This document shows positions 17,928 to 27,608 of a stretch of DNA of 64,000 nt, piece after piece. The stretch is from Sedimentisphaerales bacterium. GTDB taxonomy: Bacteria > Planctomycetota > Phycisphaerae > Sedimentisphaerales > UBA12454. Under the pieces are notes generated by a model. The model searched no databases. It saw only the letters and a list, made by a program, of their open reading frames with translations, and was not told where the DNA came from. Every line of letters begins with the position of its first letter. Position 1 is the first letter of the stretch. The stretch spans positions 35,665 through 99,664 of the forward strand of contig JBEKEA010000004.1 in the NCBI GenBank assembly GCA_050014075.1, written 5' to 3'. A program made the position numbers and the translations under genes.

Positions 17928-18960
17928 GAAAACGGAAATTAACATCCTCGGTATAGAAACAAGCTGCGATGAAACCGCCGCGGCGGTGGTTCGCAACGGC
18001 TCAGAGGTGCTATCGAATGTCATCTCCTCGCAAATCGAAATTCATCAGAAATACGGCGGCGTTGTGCCCGAAATCGCGTCAAGAGCGCATATTGAAAAGA
18101 TTTATCCGATTATCGAACAGGCAATCGAACAATCGCATATCGACAAAAACGATATTGACGCGGTGGCAGTTGCCAATCAGCCGGGCCTTACCGTTGCGCT
18201 TATCATCGGCTTGACCGCCGCAAAGACGCTTGCGCTGGTGTTGGAAAAACCATTAATCGCCATTAATCATATTCACGCTCATCTTCAGTCGGCGATGATG
18301 GACACAAAAGATTTACGCCTTCCCGCAGTGGCGCTGGTTGTCTCGGGCGGACATACGAGCCTTTATGACTGCGAAAGTTCGCTTGAATTAAAGCTGCTGG
18401 GCTCGACAATCGACGATGCGGCAGGCGAGGCGTTTGACAAAGTCGCGTCAATTCTTAATCTTCCTTATCCCGGCGGGCCGAGCATTGAAAAGGCCGCCAA
18501 AGACGGCAAGGCCGATGCGATTAATTTTCCACGGACAATGCTCGCCAAAGACTCACTCGATTTTTCATTCAGCGGTTTAAAGACCGCAGTTCTTTATCAT
18601 TGCTGCGGCAAGGATATGAAGGGGGGAAATCGCGTAGGTAAAATGAGCCAAAAGGAAATAGCCGATATCGCTGCGTCGTTTCAGGCGGCTGTTGTGGATG
18701 TCCTTGTGCGAAAGACGCAAATAGCCGCCGATAAAATCGGAGCAAAAACAATTTTGCTCGGCGGAGGCGTCGCGGCAAATAATCGTTTGCGAAATGAACT
18801 TGAAAAAATGGCAAAGTCCACCGGCAGAACGCTGCTGGTCGCGCCAAAAAAATATTGTACGGACAATGCCGTGATGATAGCATCTCTTGCGTATTATAAA
18901 TATAAAGCGGGGCTATTTGCCGATATGACTCTCGAGGCAAAGGCGGCCAGTGATGATTGA
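17926..18960 (+). CDS. tsaD: tRNA N6-adenosine threonylcarbamoyltransferase
   Basis: LGIETSCDETA, GGVVPEIASRAH, VSGGHT, DDAAGEAFDK, FSFSGLKT, CTDNA. Confidence 0.97.
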   Translation: MKTEINILGIETSCDETAAAVVRNGSEVLSNVISSQIEIHQKYGGVVPEIASRAHIEKIYPIIEQAIEQSHIDKNDIDAVAVANQPGLTVALIIGLTAAKTLALVLEKPLIAINHIHAHLQSAMMDTKDLRLPAVALVVSGGHTSLYDCESSLELKLLGSTIDDAAGEAFDKVASILNLPYPGGPSIEKAAKDGKADAINFPRTMLAKDSLDFSFSGLKTAVLYHCCGKDMKGGNRVGKMSQKEIADIAASFQAAVVDVLVRKTQIAADKIGAKTILLGGGVAANNRLRNELEKMAKSTGRTLLVAPKKYCTDNAVMIASLAYYKYKAGLFADMTLEAKAASDD

Positions 18961-19075
18961 ATCCCGTTAGAAAATCTAAAATAAAAGAAAGGTTTTCTTA
19001 TGATAAATTTCATTTAAAATGATTAATGTTAAAATGTATAATGGAAAAGATTTCTAACGGGATGAAAGGTATATT

Positions 19076-19945
19076 ATGCAAAAAATAACGACAATACCTA
19101 AAATGACGGTTCGCAAACTCGATTCCCACAAGGGCGAGTTCGGAAAAATCTGCATCATCGCCGGCAGCGTCGGCTTTAGCGGCGCGGCGGCAATAGCGGC
19201 TAAAGCGGCGCTTCGAAGCGGCAGCGGCCTTGTAAGGCTTGCGATTCCGCAAAGCATTCTGCCGATTGTCGCGGCGATTGAACCGTGCTATACGACGATT
19301 CCGCTTGCCGAGGATTCATCGGGCAAAATCAGCGTAAAGGCGGTAGATGCGGTTTTAGAAGCTGTTGAGGAAAATGATATTACAGCTTTTGGGCCGGGCC
19401 TCGGAGTTTCCAGCGGAGTGAAAACGGTTCTTGAAAATCTGTTGCGTCTGGATGGGATAAGACTTGTCATTGACGCAGACGGGCTTAATAATCTTGCGAC
19501 TTTGGGAAATTGGCCTGATATATGCAAAGCAAATGTTATTCTCACGCCGCATCCCGGAGAGATGGGAAGACTGTGGTCTGGGCTTTTGAGAAAAACTATG
19601 CCAATCAACAGGGAAAGTATTGCCGCTGAATTTGTCTCTGCGACCAGAGCCGTTGTCGTATTAAAAGGTCAGGGCACAGTGGTTGCCGATGCCGAAAAAA
19701 TTTATGTCAACACTACCGGCAATCCCGGAATGGCGACGGCAGGAACGGGTGATGTGCTTACAGGAGTAATCGCGGCGTTGTGCGGACAGGGATTAGATAA
19801 TTTTGATGCCGCGGTATTGGGAGTTTACGTTCACGGAATGGCGGGCGATTTGGCGGCAGAAGAAAAAGGTCAGATGAGTTTAATCGCGACTGATGTCATT
19901 GATTATCTGCCAAAAGCCTTTAGAAACATCAGCTCGGAAAAATAA
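19076..19945 (+). CDS. nnrD: ADP-dependent NAD(P)H-hydrate dehydratase (YjeF C-terminal domain only)
   Basis: HKGEFG, GAAAIAAKAALRSGSGLV, GPGLG, VIDADGL, TPHPGEM, MATAGTGDVLTG. Confidence 0.92.
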   Translation: MQKITTIPKMTVRKLDSHKGEFGKICIIAGSVGFSGAAAIAAKAALRSGSGLVRLAIPQSILPIVAAIEPCYTTIPLAEDSSGKISVKAVDAVLEAVEENDITAFGPGLGVSSGVKTVLENLLRLDGIRLVIDADGLNNLATLGNWPDICKANVILTPHPGEMGRLWSGLLRKTMPINRESIAAEFVSATRAVVVLKGQGTVVADAEKIYVNTTGNPGMATAGTGDVLTGVIAALCGQGLDNFDAAVLGVYVHGMAGDLAAEEKGQMSLIATDVIDYLPKAFRNISSEK

Positions 19946-20054
19946 TTTACGTCAGCTTAACTGACCAGTATGCGTGGTCAAGGAATTGTTTCCAGCTAGG
20001 ATACTTTTGACTGCTTAAATGGAGATGAACAGTCGGATTGCGTTTCGGTTTTAC
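19946..20054 (-). pseudogene. Diverged duplicate of the last 35 codons plus stop of the HNH gene
   Basis: 99/109 identical to 21889-21997; encodes [35 protein letters not shown]; an in-frame stop lies 5 codons upstream. Confidence 0.85.
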
Positions 20055-20377
20055 AGCTGATCGGCATTATCAGGCAGGCATCCGCAAATCTGCGTTATTT
20101 AAACCAAAAAAGTATGTATTGGAAAAAACTGCCGGATTGTAGAGGAAGAAATTGCCGGTAACCCCGATTAAACTCCGAAGAAAGTATTTGTAAATGCCGA
20201 TTTATACGTCAAAAACAGCGTTTTAATAAACAAAAGGTGTAACTAGTTGGTATGGCATAATATTTGCACCTCTTTTCATCTCATTTACCTGTGACTAATC
20301 AAGTTTTTAGAATGGCCGCAGGTTGTAAGGAAGGTAAAAGTGATTTTTTTAACGCTGCAAGAAAGGGGGTGATTATT

Positions 20378-21160
20378 ATGACAGTCAGTGGAATGGGACA
20401 AAGTATGTCTATGCTGAGTTTGCTTCAGCCGCCCAGTGCAAACGACATAGCCAGTCGTATCATGAAAAAACTTGATACGAATGGAGATGGCGTCTTGAGC
20501 GCGGATGAAATCAGCAAAGGCGGAAAACATACAAAAATGATTCAGGCCGCCGATGCTAATGGCGATGGACAAGTTACTATGGACGAGCTTCTCGCCGCCA
20601 TTTCTAAGTATCAGCAGATGGGCAGCATGCAGCCGCCTGGTGCGAGCGACATAGCCAGCAGTATCATAAAAAACCTTGATACGAATGGAGATGGCGTCTT
20701 AAGCGCAAGTGACTCCAGCGCAAGCGGAGCAACTGCAAAAATAATTCAGGCCGCCGATGCTAACGGCGATGGGAAAGTTACTATGGAGGAGCTTACCGCC
20801 TACATTTCCAAGCAACAGCAAGGCATGATGGGTAAAATGCATTCGCATCATCATCATGGTGCAGGCAACATGGCCAATAGTATTATGGCCGCCTTTGATA
20901 CGAATGGAGATGGAGTCTTAAGCACAAGTGAAGTCAGTGCAAGCGGAGCAGATGCAACAATGATTCAGGCCGCCGATGCTAATGGCGATGGACAGGTTAC
21001 CATGGATGAGCTTGTCGCCTATCTTTCGAATAAGCAGGCACAGTCCGGGCAGACCAATCAAGGCAGTTCTACCTTGAGCAACCTGGCCTTGAATTACTAT
21101 GACGAAGCTCAAACAATGCTGGATCCTACGCAAAGCTCTAACCTTAGTTTAGTTGCTTGA
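20378..21160 (+). CDS. EF-hand calcium-binding protein with three tandem two-EF-hand units
   Basis: 3x [DTNGDGVLS...AADANGDGxVTMxEL]; RBS aaggggg before ATG 20378. Confidence 0.85.
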   Translation: MTVSGMGQSMSMLSLLQPPSANDIASRIMKKLDTNGDGVLSADEISKGGKHTKMIQAADANGDGQVTMDELLAAISKYQQMGSMQPPGASDIASSIIKNLDTNGDGVLSASDSSASGATAKIIQAADANGDGKVTMEELTAYISKQQQGMMGKMHSHHHHGAGNMANSIMAAFDTNGDGVLSTSEVSASGADATMIQAADANGDGQVTMDELVAYLSNKQAQSGQTNQGSSTLSNLALNYYDEAQTMLDPTQSSNLSLVA

Positions 21161-21169
21161 TATACTACA

Positions 21170-21199
21170 ACCTGAGAGGGATTTATTTCCCTCTCAGGT
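21170..21199. terminator. Hairpin between convergent genes
   Basis: Perfect 11-bp arms acctgagaggg / ccctctcaggt. Confidence 0.75.
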
Positions 21200-21243
21200 A
21201 CCCCTTTACCGGTTTATCTTTTATCACATTATGCCGGTTGGCG

Positions 21244-21861
21244 TTAGAATGCCGCGGCTATTGATTGTGCCTCGCTAACGGCTTTGGCCTGGGCCTCGTT
21301 TACGGTTTTTTCATCACTCAGCATAGGCTGGCATATTACTGTTTTAATATCTGTAAAACCAATAAAACCCAAAATAAATTCAAGGTATTTTTTCTGGAAG
21401 TCCATCGGAGATTTTTCATCGTAATTGCCGCCGCGAGCATAAATCACACATATTGGTTTTCCGCCTGCAAGACCTTTGTAATTGCCGTTGGTAACTGTAA
21501 ATGTGTAACTTGGCTGAACTATGATGTCAATGTAGTGTTTGAGTTTGTAGGGTATGCCGAAGTTCCACATCGGCAATGAAATAATATATTTATCAGCAGA
21601 TTTGAACTGTTCGATTACTTTTTCAATCTGCGACCACTTTTTTACTTGTTCAGCGGTTTTTTCTCTGCCGTGCATAATAGCGTATTTTGATTCTGCCGCG
21701 AAATTATCAAATTCAGGCAAAGATTCCTTAAACAAATCGATAGTAATAATCTTATCCTGAGGATTTTTCTGCTGATAAGCGGACAGAAAGGCTTTGGCTG
21801 CCGCATGAGAATGACTTCTGTCATCCCTGGGCGAAGCCTTTATATAAAGAAGCGTTTTCAT
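21244..21861 (-). CDS. azoR: FMN-dependent NADH-azoreductase
   Basis: LLYIKASPR..RSHS, PMWNFGIP..LK.YID, ARGG.Y, FIGFTD. Confidence 0.9.
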   Translation of the reverse strand: MKTLLYIKASPRDDRSHSHAAAKAFLSAYQQKNPQDKIITIDLFKESLPEFDNFAAESKYAIMHGREKTAEQVKKWSQIEKVIEQFKSADKYIISLPMWNFGIPYKLKHYIDIIVQPSYTFTVTNGNYKGLAGGKPICVIYARGGNYDEKSPMDFQKKYLEFILGFIGFTDIKTVICQPMLSDEKTVNEAQAKAVSEAQSIAAAF

Positions 21862-21889
21862 AAAACTCCTTTTTTATGAAAGAATATTT

Positions 21890-22525
21890 TTACGTCAACT
21901 CAACTGACCAATATGCGTGGTCGAGGAATTGTTTCCAGCTATGATACTTTTGAATGCTTAAATGCAGGTGAACGGTCGGATTGCGTTTTGGTTTTACCGG
22001 CAGCTTAACAAGAGTCATTCCGGCCTGCCTGGGCGTCCTGCCTCCTTTTCTGGCGTTGCAATCGGTACAGGCACAAACGAGATTTTCCCAGGATGCGGTC
22101 CCGCCGCTGCTTTTCGGAATGACATGGTCGAGGGATAGTTCGTTAGTGGGGAATTTTTTCCCGCAGTACTGGCATCGATTGGCGTCGCGGGCGAAAATGT
22201 TACGCCGGTTGAATTTGACTTCGTTTCTCGGCAGGCGGTCATAGAATAACAATCTGACTATTCGGGGCACAGCTATATGATAATTGACCGTTGAAATCCA
22301 GTCGTGTTCGTCAGGCTCGAAAGACCTTTTTATCTGGCTGACATCCCGCCAGCTTTCAAAATTGTAATTGTAATACTGGCCCTGTTCGTAGGATATGACT
22401 TCGGCAAGCTCCCTGCACAGCATACATAGCGCTCTTTTGACATCTATGATGCGCAAAGGCATATAGTACTTATTAAGGACAAGTACGTTACAACTCAAAC
22501 CAGATTGAGTTTCAATTAACGCCAT
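21890..22525 (-). CDS. HNH endonuclease (McrA-like)
   Basis: [17 protein letters not shown]...[16 protein letters not shown]...[12 protein letters not shown]. Confidence 0.9.
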   Translation of the reverse strand: MALIETQSGLSCNVLVLNKYYMPLRIIDVKRALCMLCRELAEVISYEQGQYYNYNFESWRDVSQIKRSFEPDEHDWISTVNYHIAVPRIVRLLFYDRLPRNEVKFNRRNIFARDANRCQYCGKKFPTNELSLDHVIPKSSGGTASWENLVCACTDCNARKGGRTPRQAGMTLVKLPVKPKRNPTVHLHLSIQKYHSWKQFLDHAYWSVELT

Positions 22526-22602
22526 TTCCTCCTGCCCACTCTTTTCAGGTGCTAAATACCGGAAACCGGAGCTTTTATAAAAAAATTATGGGCGGCGGCC
22601 GC

Positions 22603-22815
22603 TTATTTTACAACTTCCACAAGCTCCACCGCGTCAGCCCGCGGACCTTTTTCGCCTTGAACGATTTCAAAGCTTATTTTGTCGCCCTGATTTAGGACTC
22701 TAAGGCCTTTGGTTTTAAAATTAGTATGATGAATAAAAATATCAGGCTGTCCATTGCCGTCTATAAATCCATAACCCTTCTTCGGGTCGAACCACTTTAT
22801 AACTCCTTCTGCCAT
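22603..22815 (-). CDS. Cold-shock protein
   Basis: GVIKWFDPKKGYGFI, DIFIHH, KGPRA. Confidence 0.93.
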   Translation of the reverse strand: MAEGVIKWFDPKKGYGFIDGNGQPDIFIHHTNFKTKGLRVLNQGDKISFEIVQGEKGPRADAVELVEVVK

Positions 22816-22911
22816 TGATGTAGTCCTTACACTATCTGCGGTCATATCAGGCCGATATACAACCCCAGTCTGTATATGCCTTTAAATTCCGCAAGAATAT
22901 TTTCAGAGTTT

Positions 22912-23220
22912 TTACTCTCCGGCAGCCGACTGGATTTTACTGCCGAGTTTTTCTTTCATCAGCCGGCCCATCTTGAACTTCACAGTACGCTTGGAGGGAA
23001 CATCAACTCTTTCAAGCGTCTTGGGATTCTGAGCCACCCTGGCTTCGCGAGTCCTGACTTCAAAGACTCCGAAGTCGCGGAATTCAAGACGGTTGCTCTT
23101 GATTAGCTCGGCGATTATCTCGTCGAGAAACAACTGAACAACGCGCTTGACCACAACTCTTTTGGCCTGGGTCTGTTCGGCAATCCGGTCGATTAATTCT
23201 TTCTTTGTAATGGTTGCCAT
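22912..23220 (-). CDS. HU/IHF-family nucleoid protein
   Basis: TKKELIDRIA, LEFRDFGVF, AQNPKT, VKFKMG. Confidence 0.93.
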   Translation of the reverse strand: MATITKKELIDRIAEQTQAKRVVVKRVVQLFLDEIIAELIKSNRLEFRDFGVFEVRTREARVAQNPKTLERVDVPSKRTVKFKMGRLMKEKLGSKIQSAAGE

Positions 23221-23548
23221 AGTGTACCTCGTATCATCAGAGAGTTTCTAAAATTATTTTGCAAAGCTTTATAGCTCTTAACAAATTCCTGTAAACTTTA
23301 AGTTCATATCAGGCTGAAAATTCGTTACTTTCAAAGACCGCAAATCACTATACAGCAAAGACTTCTATTCATCAAGCAATTTTTTGAAGGATTTTTCAAG
23401 ATAAAAAAATTGTAAAAAACAACTGGAAAACGCCTTTTTTATGCTCCAAATGGGCAATTTCCGAAAAAAGTGGTATATTCTCTTGACCAATTTTCGAAAA
23501 TCGGCCATAATTCCGCATATAATATATATACAGTTTAAGGCGATAAAA

Positions 23549-24403
23549 TTGGCTCATAACATATTATCAAAAAATCAGTTATGCCCTAATGTCTATATGG
23601 CGGACATCGAGGCGCCGCTGATAGCTGCGGCCGCAAAGCCGGGACAGTTTGTAATTGTCTGTTTGTTCGGCGGATACAGCGAAAGAATCCCCCTGACCAT
23701 AGCCGGCAGCGACCCGAAAAAAGGAACAATTCGCCTTATCTGGCAGGCAGTCGGAAAAAGTACCGCTGAACTTGGCAATTTAAACGTCGGCGACAAGGTG
23801 GAAAATATCCTTGGACCGCTCGGCAAACCTACCCACGTCGAAAAATTCGGGACGGTTGTTTGCGTCGGTGGTGGAATCGGCAGCGCGCCGCTTCTGCCGA
23901 TTGCGACCGCGATGAAAAAGGCGGGCAATAAAGTCGTCAGCATCCTCGGCGCAAGGACAAAAGAGCTTTTAATCCTCGAAAAAGATTTTAAAGCCATAAG
24001 CGATGAGCTGATTGTCGTTACCGATGACGGCTCTTACGGTAAAAAGGCTCTGGTAACGCAGCCGCTCGAAGAAGTCTGCCAAAGGACACCGAAGCCTGAC
24101 CTCGCTGTCGCGATAGGGCCGGCGATTATGATGAAGTTTTGCTGCGCGACTACTAAAAAATATGATGTTCCGACTGTTGTTTCACTTAATACGATTATGA
24201 TTGACGGAACGGGAATGTGCGGCGGATGCAGGGTCGATGTCGGCGGACAGACAAAATTTGTCTGCGTTGACGGACCGGAATTCGACGGACATTTAGTTAA
24301 TTTCGATTTAATGATGAAACGTATGCAGGCCTATAAAAAACAGGAGGCCCAGGCGATGGAAGAATACAAAAAGCATAAATGCAAAATCGGTCTTGATAAA
24401 TAG
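23549..24403 (+). CDS. nfnA: Electron-bifurcating transhydrogenase small subunit (NfnA/SudB-like)
   Basis: PGQFVI, ERIPLTI, GPLG.P, VGGGIG, MIDGTGMCGGCRV, VCVDGPEFD; TTG start inferred. Confidence 0.85.
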   Translation: MAHNILSKNQLCPNVYMADIEAPLIAAAAKPGQFVIVCLFGGYSERIPLTIAGSDPKKGTIRLIWQAVGKSTAELGNLNVGDKVENILGPLGKPTHVEKFGTVVCVGGGIGSAPLLPIATAMKKAGNKVVSILGARTKELLILEKDFKAISDELIVVTDDGSYGKKALVTQPLEEVCQRTPKPDLAVAIGPAIMMKFCCATTKKYDVPTVVSLNTIMIDGTGMCGGCRVDVGGQTKFVCVDGPEFDGHLVNFDLMMKRMQAYKKQEAQAMEEYKKHKCKIGLDK

Positions 24404-24412
24404 GAAATTGAA

Positions 24413-25885
24413 TTGAACGAGCAGCAATTACTTAACGAATTATTGAAAAAACACAAAGACGGCACATTAAAACCCGCCGATAGATATAATATTCCGCCTC
24501 AGACGATGCCGCAGCAGGACTCCGTGGCAAGACGTTCCAATGTTAATGAAGTTGCGACAGGATACACTGAAACACAAGCGCGTCTTGAGGCTCTGCGATG
24601 TTTGCAGTGCAAAAATGCACCCTGTGTGGCGGGCTGTCCTGTAAGAATAAAGATAAAAGAATTCATTGCCGAAATCGTCGAGGGAAATTTCCAGAAATCT
24701 CTCGATATCATCAGGGAGAATTCACTTCTGCCCGCCGTTTGCGGCAGAGTTTGCCCGCAGGAAGTGCAATGCCAGCTTCCATGTACCGTCGGCAAAAAGT
24801 TCAAGGATGTTGACAAGGCCGTCTCAATCGGCAGACTCGAAAGATTCGTTTCCGATTGGGGCAGAAAACAGAGTGGCCAGTCAAGCCCGACTATTGCCGC
24901 CGAGACAGGCAAAAAAGTTGCTTGTATAGGTTCAGGACCCGGCGGAATCGTCGTTGCTACCGATGTCCGCAGGGCAGGACACGATGTAACAGTATTCGAA
25001 GCTTTTCACAAGCCCGGCGGCGTAATGGTTTACGGCATTCCGGAATTTCGTCTGCCAAAAGCGATTGTGCAGGAAGAAATCGACGGCCTTGAAAAAATGG
25101 GCGTTAAAATCATCTGCAATTTCGTCGTCGGCAGGACAAAAACCATAAAACAGCTAATGGAAGAAGACGGTTTTTCCGCCGTTTATATCGGCGTTGGCGC
25201 GGGCCTGCCGATGTTTATGAATATCCAGGGCGAACACCTTGTCGGCGTTTACAGTGCTAATGAATACCTGACCCGCGCTAATCTTATGAAGGCTTACCAG
25301 TTCGGCAAAGGAGCCGATACTCCTATCGCGATGTCGAAAAAAGTTGCCGTTATCGGCGGCGGAAACGTCGCGATGGACTCGGCAAGAACCGCTATGCGGC
25401 TCGGCGCTGAAAAGGTTTATCTTATTTATCGCAGAAGCGAGAAAGAAATGCCTGCTCGAGTCGAAGAAGTCCACCACGCAAAGGAAGAAGGCATTGAATT
25501 TCATCTTCTGCGAAATCCAAAACAGATTTTAGGCAATGCTGACGGCATTGTAAAAGCGATTGAATGTTTGAAATACGAGCTTGGCGAACCTGATTCGTCC
25601 GGCAGGCGCAGACCTGTTCCGATTGAAGGCTCTGAATTTACGATTGATGTCGATACCGTCGTTGTTGCGATTGGCAATGGCGCAAATCCGCTTATCGGCC
25701 AGACAACGCCGGGGTTGAATTTGAATAAATGGGGAAATATTGTTGTCGATGAGAATTGTAAAACTTCGCTTGATGGCGTTTACGCCGGCGGAGATATTGT
25801 TTTAGGCGCCGCGACTGTAATTTTAGCTATGGGTCAGGGCCGCACCGCCGCCACGGCGATTAATGAGTATTTGAAAAGCAAATAA
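24413..25885 (+). CDS. nfnB: Electron-bifurcating transhydrogenase large subunit (NfnB/SudA; GltD-like)
   Basis: RCLQC...PC..GCP, CGRVCPQE.QC, IGSGPGG, VIGGGNVAMD, GGD; adjacent to nfnA. Confidence 0.85.
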   Translation: MNEQQLLNELLKKHKDGTLKPADRYNIPPQTMPQQDSVARRSNVNEVATGYTETQARLEALRCLQCKNAPCVAGCPVRIKIKEFIAEIVEGNFQKSLDIIRENSLLPAVCGRVCPQEVQCQLPCTVGKKFKDVDKAVSIGRLERFVSDWGRKQSGQSSPTIAAETGKKVACIGSGPGGIVVATDVRRAGHDVTVFEAFHKPGGVMVYGIPEFRLPKAIVQEEIDGLEKMGVKIICNFVVGRTKTIKQLMEEDGFSAVYIGVGAGLPMFMNIQGEHLVGVYSANEYLTRANLMKAYQFGKGADTPIAMSKKVAVIGGGNVAMDSARTAMRLGAEKVYLIYRRSEKEMPARVEEVHHAKEEGIEFHLLRNPKQILGNADGIVKAIECLKYELGEPDSSGRRRPVPIEGSEFTIDVDTVVVAIGNGANPLIGQTTPGLNLNKWGNIVVDENCKTSLDGVYAGGDIVLGAATVILAMGQGRTAATAINEYLKSK

Positions 25886-25889
25886 ATCA

Positions 25890-27134
25890 TTAATTTGAAG
25901 AATCTTCAGTTACTTTAGTAATTAAAATATCGGATATATCCCATTGCACATCTTTTTTTTGCTGATTATTTTCATCCTTTGGCATAGGTTTTCCGGGATG
26001 TGCCGGTCCGGCAAGTAAAAATTCATTATCCTTAATTAATAATAATTCTGCAAAGACAATTGGATTTTTTGTGCCAACCAAATGGCTCCACAATAATTTG
26101 CCGTTCTTATCTATTTTCCACAGACAAAAACCATCTGTAAATTTTGACCCAGAAATAATAAAATTATTTTTGTTATCCGTCTCAATTTTATACATTCCAA
26201 GACCATTTCCTTTATAAAGAAGAACTGGTTCCCATATTTTATTAAGTTTATTGTCAAGGCCTACAATATATATTTCTGAATTAGGGAAATCTGCGATACT
26301 ATAAGAAACGGCATAATTACTGTTAGATGTGAGTGCTATAGTTGGATGTCTGCCTGGAAATGAAGTCTCTGTTAGAATATTACCGGCACTGTCGCATTTG
26401 ATAATCCAAATATTCGATGGGCCTGCACCAAATTTATTGTATTCACCGCTGTTTGATGCAAGCGTAAAACTTCCATCTTCGACTGCTGCCATTGACATTG
26501 CACTCTCAGATTTTCCTTTATCGTAGGTTTTCTGCCATAATATATTGCCATCGAAACTCATTTTCATTATCCACGCGTCAGGATTATTATCACCTGTTTT
26601 CTGACCGGATACGAGATATCCGTCTTTTACCTTGATGATATTCATCATGGTCTTACAACAAGTTATATCTAATTTTTTTACAGAAGTAACATTTCCATTA
26701 TTATCAAGGCGTATCTGAAAAGTTTTTTCTGGGGAAGGTCCCTTTTTGGCCGATTCCCCTTTAACCACAAGCATTAGTTCATTTTTAGGGCATACAAAGA
26801 GATTGTCCCATATGATTTTATTATTTTCATTTGTATCCGGCATGATAATTGGTTTATCCCAGATTCGATTTCCCTGTAAATCAAATTTCCAAATCCAAAG
26901 TCTGAAATCATAAGATGATTCTGCCTTGCGAAAACTTGACAACCCAATTACATAAAATCCGTTAGAATCAACAGCGATTAACTTAGAGACGGTATCTGTC
27001 CAATTTTCTTCACTGTAAAGCTTTATCCATTGAGTTTTTATTTTAGATTGATTAGCGTCTGAATCCTGACCATAAAGAAATCCTGAAAAAGATAGAATTA
27101 AACAAATACCAAGAAAAGTTAACGGTTTTTTCAT
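25890..27134 (-). CDS. Secreted hypothetical protein, probable beta-propeller
   Basis: Signal-peptide-like N-terminus; repeated W..K.D..GN..W.K units; visibly AT-richer than neighbours. Confidence 0.6.
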   Translation of the reverse strand: MKKPLTFLGICLILSFSGFLYGQDSDANQSKIKTQWIKLYSEENWTDTVSKLIAVDSNGFYVIGLSSFRKAESSYDFRLWIWKFDLQGNRIWDKPIIMPDTNENNKIIWDNLFVCPKNELMLVVKGESAKKGPSPEKTFQIRLDNNGNVTSVKKLDITCCKTMMNIIKVKDGYLVSGQKTGDNNPDAWIMKMSFDGNILWQKTYDKGKSESAMSMAAVEDGSFTLASNSGEYNKFGAGPSNIWIIKCDSAGNILTETSFPGRHPTIALTSNSNYAVSYSIADFPNSEIYIVGLDNKLNKIWEPVLLYKGNGLGMYKIETDNKNNFIISGSKFTDGFCLWKIDKNGKLLWSHLVGTKNPIVFAELLLIKDNEFLLAGPAHPGKPMPKDENNQQKKDVQWDISDILITKVTEDSSN

Positions 27135-27174
27135 CTTAATCTCCTTTTTTATAATTAATTAAAGAGCTTAATTA

Positions 27175-27525
27175 TTATTTAAGAAAAAAAGTTAGTTGTC
27201 CTTTTAAAATTCTGCCTGCAAAAACAATTTTTAATATTTTACTATTGTCCGAATCAATTGTACAGGTTCCTTCATCAACAATTTCAACCATTCCTTTACC
27301 ATTATTGACAGGGCCTTGATAAGTAAGAAATTTTTTATCGTGGTCGAAAATTGGTGTGGCTTTGGTTTTTCCTGGACTGAGCTTGTCGAAGTCTCCTGCT
27401 AATTTTTCAGGTGGGTTTTCCAGCCGCCAGGTTTTGAGCTTGTCGCCATCCTCAATCATCAAATCCCAGTGAGTTTCGTTGCCAAGTGTGTGTTTATGAA
27501 TGACAAATCTTTTTTGCTCCGGCAT
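27175..27525 (-). CDS. Stand-alone LigD-type 3'-phosphoesterase domain protein
   Basis: FVIHKH....THWDLMIE, FDH...FLTYQG, G.VEIVDEG. Confidence 0.75.
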   Translation of the reverse strand: MPEQKRFVIHKHTLGNETHWDLMIEDGDKLKTWRLENPPEKLAGDFDKLSPGKTKATPIFDHDKKFLTYQGPVNNGKGMVEIVDEGTCTIDSDNSKILKIVFAGRILKGQLTFFLK

Positions 27526-27532
27526 ATTAAAT

Positions 27533-27600
27533 CACTGATTACGCTGATTTTATAGATTTTGAAATAAATTATTTAAAATAATCTGTGTAATCAGCGATAA
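27533..27600. repeat. Inverted pair of 9-bp-period repeat arrays
   Basis: cactgattacgctgatt ... aatctgtgtaatcagcg; same style as the 1290 and 1443 arrays. Confidence 0.55.
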
Positions 27601-27608
27601 AAAAATTA

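Noticed and set aside
20461-21020. About 200-bp DNA repeats as a mobile or array element
   Set aside because: Fully explained by the in-frame EF-hand domain triplication.
21890-22525. HNH gene as a defence, toxin or homing system
   Set aside because: No methylase, immunity gene or intron context; it looks like a common stand-alone HNH protein.
24413-25885. Glutamate synthase small subunit
   Set aside because: No gltB is adjacent; pairing with the upstream FAD/2Fe-2S subunit fits NfnAB better.
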